Shown: positions 47,694 through 56,340 of the stretch, piece by piece | How the letters are laid out: each line of letters opens with the position of its first letter | Position numbering within the stretch: position 1 is the stretch's first letter | DNA from: a virus | Direction: 5' to 3' (one strand) | Virus record (IMG/VR): IMGVR_UViG_3300043499_000238 | Location: 1 to 64,000 of that record | DNA length: 64,000 nt | Translations under genes and position numbers: made by a program | Notes under the pieces: model-generated | The model's input: only the letters and a program-made list of their open reading frames with translations | What the model was told of the DNA's origin: nothing | Database searches by the model: none

Positions 47694-49721
47694 CTAGCAG
47701 GTGAGTGGGAGGAGCATCCCAGGCGTGAACCCGGGCGGCAGAGAGACGGACACCACCGGGTCGACCGGAGCCGTGGTGGGTGGTGCTGGGCAAGTCGTGG
47801 TGGGCGCAACGACGGTCGAAGTCGTCGTCGTACCCACCACGACACTCGTGGTCGACGTGATGACCGTGGTCGGTGTGACCACCGTGGTCGTCGTCGGCTC
47901 GGGATCGCCGCCAGGTGGCTGCGTGGTCGTGGTCGGTGGTGCCAGGCAGTCGATGTCGTCGGCGTTGATCCGCTGACACATGACCACCTGAGCGGTGTTG
48001 CCCGCATCAGCGTCGCCGGTACCAATGATGTTGCCCGCATCGTCCAGAGCGAGCACCTGCACGGCGTCGCCTGACTGCACCCCGTTCACGTTGTTCCCCT
48101 GGCTCACGCTCTGCGTGGTGTTGTTGCCCGTGTTGGCGTTGGCCAGGCCCAGCGAGATGATCACCGTCACCTGACGCATGTTCGCCTGCGCTCCGGTGGC
48201 CGACGTGGTCGTCGTGTCGAGACCCTCGAACGAGGCGTCGAGGCGCAGCAGCACGCCCTGGAACGGCACGTCGATCCCCCGGCTGACGGCGTCCATCGTG
48301 GCGCCGTTGGCAGAGTCGTGCACGAGGGCGAGCATCTCGGCCATGAAGGCCGCCATCATCACGATCGATGAGGCGTCGTCGGCTGAGAGGGTCTGGATGC
48401 CGCCACCCAAGACGTTCCCTCCGGTGTTAGCTGCAGCGGCTCCCATGTTGGCCACGAGGACGTTCTGCACGATGTCCACCACACCGTCGCCCGATGAAGC
48501 CGCAAGAGCAACCTGGCGAACGAACGTGTCGCTGTCGTTACCCACTGCGGTGGCGTCTCCACTGGAGATGGCGCCTGCCGCCGGGCCGTACCCGTACGAC
48601 TGGAGCAGCGCCGGGAGGAGCATGGCGAAGAGGTCTTGTGCGTAGGCGTTGTCGTCGGTCGGGTCGGCGGAGAGAAGTCCACCAGCTACTCCTGAGATGT
48701 CGTTGATACCTGAGTTGGCGAGGGCGAAGCCCACGTTGAGCACCGTGGCGCGTTGCGTCACGTTGAGGGTCGCAGTGTCCTCACCGAGTAGCTGTGCGTA
48801 CTGGTCGATGTTGGTGGTCGACAGGTTGCCGGTAGCGGCCGCATCACCGGCAGTGATCGCACCGCCCGAGCCGCCGGTAGCCCCGGCGCCCGTGACACCG
48901 TTCAGTCCGGTGTTCGCCGTACCGAGGCCCATCCACAGTGAGATGGCGAGCTGCCCGGCGTGGGCGTCGGTGTCCTCGTCGCCCGTCTCGCGCGCCGCCT
49001 GGGTGATGTATTGGCCGATATCGAGGCCGGTGGCGTCGGCGTCGCCCGTGGTGACGCCTGCGGTCAGTCCTGCTCCGCCTGGCGTGCTCGCAACGCCGTT
49101 GTAGCCGGAGTTGGCCAGTGCCACCCCAACATTGATGATGAGGGCCACCTGGACGACGTTGGCGATGGCTTGGTCCTGCAGCGTGATGTCAGCGCCCTGA
49201 GTGACGACATTGGCGTCCTGAGAGCCGACAGCGTCTGCAGCGCCAGTAGCGATGTCAGCAGGAAGCTGCCCACCGCCCGGCTGGCCAGAGTTGTCGACCG
49301 CATTGTTGCCTCCCGTGTTGGCGTTGGCCACCACGGTGGCGGTGACCACGGACTGCTGGTCCTGGTTGACCTGGTTGGGGTTGGAGGTAGGAGCGATCGC
49401 CACCGTCGTCTCGGCGTCGACCACCTGCTGCGGCGTGGTCACAGAATCATTCGATGATTCGGTACCGACGGGCGCTGGCGCTGTGGTGGCTGCCTCGGTA
49501 GGCGCCGGGGTCGTCTCCGGGTCCGTCACCACGATCTGGATCGTCGTGGGAGGATCGGTGTCGGGCGCCTGGGTGGTGGGAGCCTCAGTGACCGGCGCCG
49601 TGGTGGGCGCCTCGGTCGGCGGAGGTGTCTCCGGTGGAGTACTGGCGTCCACCATCGCCGCACCGATCATGGTCAGTGCCGCCGTTGTGACGAAGGCCGT
49701 CACGAGCCTGATGCCGCGCAT
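47694..49721 (-). CDS. Secreted repeat protein with AN(T/S)GxN / TGDAxAxG repeats (beta-solenoid/amyloid-like); ends LPLTC
   Basis: Signal peptide; five to six imperfect repeats; T-rich linkers. Confidence 0.85.
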   Translation of the reverse strand: MRGIRLVTAFVTTAALTMIGAAMVDASTPPETPPPTEAPTTAPVTEAPTTQAPDTDPPTTIQIVVTDPETTPAPTEAATTAPAPVGTESSNDSVTTPQQVVDAETTVAIAPTSNPNQVNQDQQSVVTATVVANANTGGNNAVDNSGQPGGGQLPADIATGAADAVGSQDANVVTQGADITLQDQAIANVVQVALIINVGVALANSGYNGVASTPGGAGLTAGVTTGDADATGLDIGQYITQAARETGDEDTDAHAGQLAISLWMGLGTANTGLNGVTGAGATGGSGGAITAGDAAATGNLSTTNIDQYAQLLGEDTATLNVTQRATVLNVGFALANSGINDISGVAGGLLSADPTDDNAYAQDLFAMLLPALLQSYGYGPAAGAISSGDATAVGNDSDTFVRQVALAASSGDGVVDIVQNVLVANMGAAAANTGGNVLGGGIQTLSADDASSIVMMAAFMAEMLALVHDSANGATMDAVSRGIDVPFQGVLLRLDASFEGLDTTTTSATGAQANMRQVTVIISLGLANANTGNNTTQSVSQGNNVNGVQSGDAVQVLALDDAGNIIGTGDADAGNTAQVVMCQRINADDIDCLAPPTTTTQPPGGDPEPTTTTVVTPTTVITSTTSVVVGTTTTSTVVAPTTTCPAPPTTAPVDPVVSVSLPPGFTPGMLLPLTC

Positions 49722-49742
49722 CAAATCCGCCTTTCATGCAAA

Positions 49743-49772
49743 GGGGCGGGGCCACCGAAGCAGCCCCGCCCC
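49743..49772 (-). terminator. Intra-operon terminator/stabilising hairpin
   Basis: GGGGCGGGGC..TTCG..GCCCCGCCCC followed by TTT on the minus strand. Confidence 0.8.
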
Positions 49773-49806
49773 AGGTTCTCCTCAGACTCCTCAGAGGAGA
49801 GGTTGG

Positions 49807-50841
49807 TCAGCCTGCGTCGCCGGTCGCCGCGGCCGAGTCGGCCGTGGTGTTGTCCTGCGTCTGCGTGACCGTCAACGTCGCGGTGTTGGTGGCCGTGGCC
49901 GCCCCCGTCGTGATGTTGTTGCTCGCCGTCGAGGCGTTGGTCCCGGTGTTGGTGTTGCCACCGCTGCTGGTCCCACCCGCACCACCGGTCGCCTCGGCGG
50001 CATCGCTGCCGCTGGCGGCCGACGCACCCGAGCCGCCGGAGGCGGACGAGGTCGAGTCGCTGGACGAGTCGCTGGTGTGGGCGCTGCCGCCGTCGGCGTC
50101 GCTGTCGGCGTCCTGCGACGCCGAGTTGCTCTGGTTCACCGTGTTGGTCGCCGTGTTGCCGCCCGAGTTGGACGAGGCGTCCTGGCTCACCGAAGCGTGC
50201 ACGGTGGCGTCCTGGTAGACGCTCGCCGAAGCGCTGGCCTCCGCACCGGTCGGCGTCGAGGACGCCGCGGTGGCGCCGCCAGCCGAGGAGGCCGACGTGG
50301 CCGCCCCACCGGTCGCCGTCGCCGTGTTGGTGTTGTCGTTGGTCTGCTCCTGCGAGATGCCGCCGTTGACGGTGTTGCCCGCCGTGGCCGCACCGGCTGC
50401 GATGCCGTTGGTGGCGCCGCTCGTGTTGCCGCCCGTGTTGCCGTTGGTGGCATCGCTGCCGCCGCCGACTCCGCCGGTCGCCTTCACGCCGCCGCCGCCC
50501 TCGGCCGCCGAGGCGCCCGAGCCGGAAGCCGCCGAGACCTCGTCCTCGGAGCGGTCGCTCGAAGAAGCGTCCCCACCGTTGGCGTCGGAGTTGGACTCCT
50601 GGTCGGCGCTGTTGGACTGGTCGACGTAGTTGTACTCGACGTTGTCCCCGGTGTTGGTGTACGCCTTCTGGCACAGCTCGACGTCGGCGACGGCCGACTG
50701 AGTCACGCTGGAGCTGGCGTCCGAGACGGCCGGATCGGGAGCCGGTGCCTCTTCGGCGGACGCCGCAGCGCCGACACCGATGGTCAACCCCGCCGAAGCG
50801 AGGGTGGCGAGAACGACTCGCCGGGTCTTGGAACGAAGCAT
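49807..50841 (-). CDS. Secreted G/S/T/N/Q/A-rich repeat protein (putative functional-amyloid major subunit)
   Basis: Signal peptide; SD AGGAGG; two ~150-aa imperfect repeats containing QSNSA.Q..SDA.GG and I..GAATA.N. Confidence 0.85.
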   Translation of the reverse strand: MLRSKTRRVVLATLASAGLTIGVGAAASAEEAPAPDPAVSDASSSVTQSAVADVELCQKAYTNTGDNVEYNYVDQSNSADQESNSDANGGDASSSDRSEDEVSAASGSGASAAEGGGGVKATGGVGGGSDATNGNTGGNTSGATNGIAAGAATAGNTVNGGISQEQTNDNTNTATATGGAATSASSAGGATAASSTPTGAEASASASVYQDATVHASVSQDASSNSGGNTATNTVNQSNSASQDADSDADGGSAHTSDSSSDSTSSASGGSGASAASGSDAAEATGGAGGTSSGGNTNTGTNASTASNNITTGAATATNTATLTVTQTQDNTTADSAAATGDAG

Positions 50842-51075
50842 TGTGCCTCCTGGTTCAGGGCGTTACCGCCGTTTGCTGCGCCGAGGGGTGCCTGAGTGGA
50901 AGCTGACCCGGTTACCCGCCGTCCCCGCCACACCGTGTTCCTCTCGACTCGGAGCGCAACCTAACACAGATGTGGTGCGTGATGGAAGCGTTCACACACG
51001 CTTCTTTCAAGGATGTGGAGTGTTACGACTAGGTGACAATCAACGACGTTGGCACCTGCGTGAGCGCCTACGCGA

Positions 51076-51111
51076 CAAGACCCCGAGGTCACCTCCATCC
51101 TCGGGGTCTTG
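51076..51111. terminator. Perfect 13-bp inverted repeat
   Basis: CAAGACCCCGAGG / CCTCGGGGTCTTG. Confidence 0.55.
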
Positions 51112-51346
51112 GGGTTCGGTCTTCGGCCTGCGGAACATGCGCAGACTGCGCTCGGGTGTCCACAGCGCCGACAGGTTGGCGCAGCGCGTTCGACGGCCCA
51201 CCGACGACACGCCGATCGCCGCCTGGGTCAACGGTCGGGTGGCCGTCTTCGCCCATTCGTCGTACTGCGGTTTCGTGGGAGCTGGGTCGAGCTTCACGCT
51301 CCGACCGTAGATCCCCAGTGGCGAGGTGATGTTGTGGGTTATGTCG

Positions 51347-51385
51347 TTGCAGTCATTCAACGACGTGTCTAGACTGCCACCCATG
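51347..51385 (+). promoter_or_regulatory. Class-1 leaderless promoter with inverted operator motif
   Basis: TTGCAG-17(TCATTCAACGACGTGTC)-TAGACT-7nt-ATG. Confidence 0.75.
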
Positions 51386-51493
51386 AGCTATCGCCGTGGC
51401 ACCCGCCGCAAGCGCATCGACTGGGGTGGCTACTTCGAGTGCGCCCTTCTCACTGTCGGGATCACGCTGATCGTCCTCGCGATCGCCATCTGA
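51383..51493 (+). CDS. 36-aa membrane peptide
   Basis: Basic N-terminus plus one TM helix; promoter-defined ATG. Confidence 0.55.
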   Translation: MSYRRGTRRKRIDWGGYFECALLTVGITLIVLAIAI

Positions 51494-51504
51494 ACGGAAC
51501 CACC

Positions 51505-52146
51505 ATGAACCTCCGATCACGCCTCACTACTCACTCCGACACCGTGGCCGCCCGCAAGCGCGACAAGCGGTGGGCGCACTTCATCGCCACCTTCCCCGAT
51601 CTCTACCGCATGACCGTGCTTGACCTCGGTGGCACCGTCAGCTCGTGGCAGCACGCGCCGGTCCAGCCTCTCCATGTCCACTGCATCAACCCGTGGGAGG
51701 ACGAGGTGACCGAGGGGCGGATCACCTCCGAGCAGGAGGACGCCTGCGTCCCTCTCGCCTGGAAGTCACGCCGCCAGGTGTACGACCTCGTCTACTCCAA
51801 CTCGGTGATCGAGCACGTCGGCGGCCACCGCATGCGTATGCGGTTCGCCGAGGTCGTGCGGAACAAGGCGGTACGTCACTGGGTGCAGACGCCGTACCGC
51901 TACTTCCCGGTGGAGCCGCATGTGATGGCGCCGATGATCCAGTTCCTCCCCCTGGCGGCTCGGGCCAAGTTTGCCGAGTACTGGCCGCTGCACACCACGC
52001 CGCACGACTTCCGCGACTCGGTCGTCACGCAGATGAACACCGAGCTGCTGGACATCACCCTGATGCGCCTCTACTTCCCCGGCAGCCAGATCCACTACGA
52101 GCGCATGGCCGGTCTGGTCAAGAGCATCACGGCAGTGCAGGCGTGA
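51505..52146 (+). CDS. Class I SAM-dependent methyltransferase (host-like)
   Basis: VLDLGG, DAC, DLVYSNSVIEHVGG, QTPYRYFPVEPH. Confidence 0.88.
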   Translation: MNLRSRLTTHSDTVAARKRDKRWAHFIATFPDLYRMTVLDLGGTVSSWQHAPVQPLHVHCINPWEDEVTEGRITSEQEDACVPLAWKSRRQVYDLVYSNSVIEHVGGHRMRMRFAEVVRNKAVRHWVQTPYRYFPVEPHVMAPMIQFLPLAARAKFAEYWPLHTTPHDFRDSVVTQMNTELLDITLMRLYFPGSQIHYERMAGLVKSITAVQA

Positions 52147-52297
52147 ACCTCGATGACCTCGCCGAGTGGCTGGAGCGTCACCCCGAGATCGAGTCGGTGA
52201 CCATCACCGAGGTCACGGAGACCGTCGTCATACCCGAGCTGCCTCAGTACTTCAACGAACTTGACGGATAGACCGCTCAGTGATGTATCATGAAACG

Positions 52298-52447
52298 ATG
52301 TTCGCAGCAGTCACGCATGAGACCGTGAAGCGCTCCAACACCATCGGGATGCTGGTGATCATCATCCTCGTGCTCCTGGCCCTCCTGGTGCTCGACGTGG
52401 TCATCGAGATCGTGCGCATGCACGATCGTCCCAAAGATCGCCGCTGA
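52298..52447 (+). CDS. Small membrane protein
   Basis: TATCAT-6nt-ATG; one TM helix. Confidence 0.55.
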   Translation: MFAAVTHETVKRSNTIGMLVIIILVLLALLVLDVVIEIVRMHDRPKDRR

Positions 52448-52494
52448 CGTTCAGTTAGTCAGCGTCGAGGTCGCTGTCGGCGGACGGCGACAGC

Positions 52495-52530
52495 AAGAGG
52501 CCCACTCCTCCACGAGGGAGTGGGCCTCTT
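52495..52530. terminator. Bidirectional terminator
   Basis: 14-bp stem AAGAGGCCCACTCC/GGAGTGGGCCTCTT between convergent genes. Confidence 0.8.
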
Positions 52531-52534
52531 CGCG

Positions 52535-52696
52535 TCAGCCCTCGGGATCGTCCTCGTACAGCGCAGCCAGCTCTTCGCTGGCGGCCTCCATCGCCTCAGC
52601 GAGGCGCCCCACGATGGGGTAGGCCGCCGAGGGCAGCGCCTCTTCGAGATCGATGTGGCAGTGGATCATCGGCTGGCTGAGGTCGAGTCGGTTCAT
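52535..52696 (-). CDS. Small acidic hypothetical protein
   Basis: ATG just downstream of the mucin-like gene. Confidence 0.45.
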   Translation of the reverse strand: MNRLDLSQPMIHCHIDLEEALPSAAYPIVGRLAEAMEAASEELAALYEDDPEG

Positions 52697-52707
52697 GGCG
52701 TACCCCT

Positions 52708-54738
52708 CTACCGGGTCGGCGGCAGCTCGGGCGGAGCTGTCGTGGTGGTCGTGGTCGTCGGCGGGAACGGCCCGTTCGGGTTGGCGCACGCCGCCGTCTC
52801 GGGGGGGTACTCCACGAACGCCGTGGCCGTGGGGTTCACCTCGTAGGTGAGGTTGATGCCGTCGCGTAGGTAGTCGTCGCTCGGGTCGAGCACCCAAAAG
52901 CCGTCGCTGTTCAGCTCCCAGCCGGGCACGTCGGCGATCGAGCCATCGGGGTTCACGGCGGTACCGGGGTACAGCACCTGGACCGTGGTGCCCGGCTCGT
53001 AGACCAGCGGCTGCGACGACACGAAGTTGCCGTTGACATCCCGCATCGTCAGCGTGCCAGTGCGGCCCGCCAGCGACGGGAACTGGTTGCGGAAGATGAT
53101 CTGGATCGTCGGCACCTCACGCTGGCACACCGTCTCAGCGTCTCCGAAGGAGAAGAGGCTAGGGATTGGTGGCGGAACGCTGCTGCTCGTCGTCGTGCTT
53201 GTCGATGACGGCGATGATGTGGTCGAGGACGACGGGCTTGTGGTCGTCGTCGTGGGCGTACCCTGCGTCGTCGTCGGAGCAACCGTGGTGGACGTGGTCG
53301 TCACCGCGGGGAGCGAGGTGGTCGTCGTTGAGGCCGTCGTGGTTGTCGGGGCAGCCGTCGTCGTAGTGGTGCCCCCTCCGGGCACGCTCGTGCTCGTCGT
53401 CGTGCTGGTGCTGCTGGGGACGGTTGTCGTCGTGGATGTCGTGCTGCTTGTCGTGGTGGTGGCCGCTGCGGTAGTCGTAGGGCCAGGGGGCTGGGTAGTG
53501 GTAGTCGAGGTGCTCGTCGTCGGGGCCACCGTGGTGGTGGACGTAGACGTGCTGGTAACCGGCACGGTGGAGGTCGTCGTTGAGGGCGCGGTGGTCGAAG
53601 ACGTCGATGAGGTTGTTGTACCCGCTGTCGTCGTGGTCGTACACGTTCCTGGGTAGGTCACCGAGGCCGTCGCCGTCTCCGGGCCGAGCGAGTAGATCAG
53701 GTTGACGTTCTGCGTCGTGTTCGGGTAGGGGATCGTCACCGTCTGGTTCGACTGGAAGACCAGGAACACCGACCCGCCCGTGCTGAACGACAGGACTCCG
53801 GTCTGACCGTCGAGATCCGGCCGGTTGCCGAAGGTGATCGTGATCGTCGGCTGGCCATCCACGCACGACGTGAAGACGTTAACGCCGAACAGGCTCACCC
53901 TCGGCTGCGTCGTCGTCGTCGTGGACGATGTGGTCGTAGTGGTCACGACGGTAGATGACGTTGTTGGGGCCGTAGACGTAGTCGAGGACGTGGATGTCGT
54001 CGGTGGAGAAGTCGTCGTAGTTGAGGTGGGCGGGGAAGTCGTCGTGGTCGTTGATGTCGGCACCGCCGTGGTCGAGGTGGTCGTGGTCGTGGTCGTTGGC
54101 GTACCGGTGCAGCCGAGCACGCTCGGCTCGTCCTGGCCGATGTCGTAGGCGATCACGATGGAGCGGCCCTGGCGGTCAGCGAAGAACGCACCGTCGATCA
54201 CACCGTTCCAGTTGGGGATCGAGTGGATGTCGACCGAGATCGGGTTGTCGCCGGTCTGGAGCCGCTCATCGACTCCCGGCGTCCCGACGAACTTGCAGAC
54301 GAAGACCTTGTGGCTGACCTCAGTCGTCGTGGTCGCGCCACCCGGCAGCGTCGTCGTCGTCAGAGCTGGGGAGGTGGTAGTCGTCGTAGTCGAGGAGGGG
54401 GCCGTTGTTGACGACGTAGCCGTCGTCGTAGAGGTGGTACTGGATGTGGGTGTCGCCGTGGTTGTAGTACCGCCGTCCACGGTGGTGGTGGTGCGAGGAG
54501 GCGATGTTGTCGTCGGCGCCACCGTCGTCGTGTACTTCGGGATGGTCGACGTCGGCGTGATCGTGTTGTGGGTCGTCGTCGTCGGGTTGTCGTGTGGGGT
54601 CGTGACCGGCGCCTGTGTGGTCGACGTCTCGTACCCGCCCCGGAAAGCGTCGCCAGGCACGTCGAAGAACGCCATCGTGGGCGCCCCCACCGCCACCACT
54701 GCTGCCACGGCCACAACTGCTGCTACCCGCACCTTCAT
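52708..54738 (-). CDS. Secreted mucin-like Thr-rich protein with three small globular domains; ends LPPTR
   Basis: Signal peptide; long T/S/P tracts; KVFVCKFVGTPG domain and two related Cys-flanked beta domains. Confidence 0.85.
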   Translation of the reverse strand: MKVRVAAVVAVAAVVAVGAPTMAFFDVPGDAFRGGYETSTTQAPVTTPHDNPTTTTHNTITPTSTIPKYTTTVAPTTTSPPRTTTTVDGGTTTTATPTSSTTSTTTATSSTTAPSSTTTTTTSPALTTTTLPGGATTTTEVSHKVFVCKFVGTPGVDERLQTGDNPISVDIHSIPNWNGVIDGAFFADRQGRSIVIAYDIGQDEPSVLGCTGTPTTTTTTTSTTAVPTSTTTTTSPPTSTTTTSPPTTSTSSTTSTAPTTSSTVVTTTTTSSTTTTTQPRVSLFGVNVFTSCVDGQPTITITFGNRPDLDGQTGVLSFSTGGSVFLVFQSNQTVTIPYPNTTQNVNLIYSLGPETATASVTYPGTCTTTTTAGTTTSSTSSTTAPSTTTSTVPVTSTSTSTTTVAPTTSTSTTTTQPPGPTTTAAATTTTSSTTSTTTTVPSSTSTTTSTSVPGGGTTTTTAAPTTTTASTTTTSLPAVTTTSTTVAPTTTQGTPTTTTTSPSSSTTSSPSSTSTTTSSSVPPPIPSLFSFGDAETVCQREVPTIQIIFRNQFPSLAGRTGTLTMRDVNGNFVSSQPLVYEPGTTVQVLYPGTAVNPDGSIADVPGWELNSDGFWVLDPSDDYLRDGINLTYEVNPTATAFVEYPPETAACANPNGPFPPTTTTTTTAPPELPPTR

Positions 54739-54858
54739 CAACGCCTCCCAGCATCACCAGATCGGACCCAAACTACTCGACCATCCTTGAAGCAGGTGAC
54801 CCTACTCGCCCTGCCCTTGTTGTGCAATGTGGTTGAATGATGGGGTACCATGGCCTGC

Positions 54859-55161
54859 ATGCAGGACTGGAACGTACCAATCGACGTCAGCCACCAGATC
54901 GCCAGGGCGATCCTCGGCAAGGTCCGCACCGACCTGATCGAGATCCACGAGGCCAACGCCTCCTGGGAGCCGTCGCCCGTACCCGACGACTGGCACCCCT
55001 CCCCCGACGACCACCTCCAGCCACGGGCCTACGCCATGCCGCTGCACGTCCTCGGCGATCGGTGGCTGAGACCGAGCCGCAAGGGTGATGTCGTGACGTT
55101 CTACGACTACTCGATGACCAACGTTCCACGACGAGGTTGTATCCTTGAAGGACCGGGATGA
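54859..55161 (+). CDS. Hypothetical protein
   Basis: GGTTGAATGA..TACCAT-7nt-ATG. Confidence 0.55.
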   Translation: MQDWNVPIDVSHQIARAILGKVRTDLIEIHEANASWEPSPVPDDWHPSPDDHLQPRAYAMPLHVLGDRWLRPSRKGDVVTFYDYSMTNVPRRGCILEGPG

Positions 55162-55177
55162 CCCACAGGAGTATCCG

Positions 55178-55615
55178 ATGACCCAGCCCTCCAAGCCCGA
55201 GGCCGACTCTCAGCCCCTCGTTGGCGCGAGCGAGGCCGCAGAGATCATGGACGTCGAGCTGTCGACGTTCTCGCACCTTCGTCGCCGGGAAGAGGCGGTC
55301 GAGGGATCGAAGTTCCCCAAGCCCGTGGCGATCCTTCGCTGCGGCCCGATCTGGAAGACGACCGACATCAAGCGGTTCGCCAACAAGTACGTGGCGCCGC
55401 GGCCCGGTCCCAAGCCTGCGGCCGAGGTGGCGAAGCCGATCAAGAAGGTCGCTGCCCCGGCCAAGAAGGTGCCCGCCAAGGCGGTCGCCACCAACGGCCA
55501 CACCGAGCCGGAGAAGGCGCCCGCCAAGAAGGTCGCCGCCAAGAAGACCGCTCCGCTGCCCACCAAGCGGCCGTTGAAGCGTGCCCCTCGCACCCCGGAG
55601 ACCGTCGGGGTCTAA
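55178..55615 (+). CDS. AlpA/Xis-like HTH DNA-binding protein with PAKK tail
   Basis: LVGASEAAEIM.V...FPKPV..L..GPIW...DI; SD AGGAG. Confidence 0.8.
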   Translation: MTQPSKPEADSQPLVGASEAAEIMDVELSTFSHLRRREEAVEGSKFPKPVAILRCGPIWKTTDIKRFANKYVAPRPGPKPAAEVAKPIKKVAAPAKKVPAKAVATNGHTEPEKAPAKKVAAKKTAPLPTKRPLKRAPRTPETVGV

Positions 55616-55627
55616 CGTTGGTCAGCC

Positions 55628-56038
55628 ATGGCCTCGAACAGCGATCGCAGACATCTCTCTACACCGGGAGATGGATCGCGTCCGGGGCCATGGTTGCCGT
55701 TCCAGTCGACCCGGCTCAACGTCGCTAGGTACGACTCGGGCCTGCAGCAGATCCAGGTCATCTTCCGCGACGGCACACCGTGGGTCTACGACCAGGTGCC
55801 CCGCAACGTGTGGCGCAACTTCCGTCGAGCACCGTCGCCCGGTAGGTACATCGAGCGGGTGCTCAACGGCTTCCCCTACTTCCAGGGATCGTTCAGCTAC
55901 TCAGGCCACCTCGACACGCGCGACGACGAGGAGTTCGGCGGCGACGTCGAGCCGGAGCGTCAGGTCGTCGGTCAGCAGTTCGGCGGGCCGAGGACAAGCG
56001 GCACGCCGCTCCAGTCGGTCGGCAATCCCTGGGTGTGA
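55628..56038 (+). CDS. KTSC-domain protein
   Basis: ST.L..ARYD...IQVIFRDG..WVY..VP..VW..F..APSPGRYI. Confidence 0.85.
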   Translation: MASNSDRRHLSTPGDGSRPGPWLPFQSTRLNVARYDSGLQQIQVIFRDGTPWVYDQVPRNVWRNFRRAPSPGRYIERVLNGFPYFQGSFSYSGHLDTRDDEEFGGDVEPERQVVGQQFGGPRTSGTPLQSVGNPWV

Positions 56039-56340
56039 ACAAGGTCTGGCTCCACACCTACTGGTTGGCGTGGGGGCCGATCGCTCCGTCAGTGACGTCG
56101 CTCAGCGATCGCCAGCCACGCATCCAGCGTGCGTGGATGCGCTCGGTCGCACCTCCCTACTACGAGGGCATCGGCATCGCCATCCGCTTCGGCGTCAACA
56201 CCCTCCGCTTCGGTACCTGCACACCGCTCGGCAGTGTCACCCGGCCGGACCTCGATGACGGGATCATCGAGTCGATCTTCGGCCGCCCCGTCGACAAGGA
56301 GCAGGAGGGCACATGGGGTGGCGTAGAGAGAAGCGCCTGA
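56035..56340 (+). CDS. Hypothetical protein
   Basis: GTGA overlap. Confidence 0.6.
   Translation: MNKVWLHTYWLAWGPIAPSVTSLSDRQPRIQRAWMRSVAPPYYEGIGIAIRFGVNTLRFGTCTPLGSVTRPDLDDGIIESIFGRPVDKEQEGTWGGVERSA

Noticed and set aside
47694-54738. Stop-codon read-through or alternative genetic code supplying the missing sortase anchors
   Set aside because: In-frame TGA follows within 3-4 codons, and TAG ends many normal genes in the window
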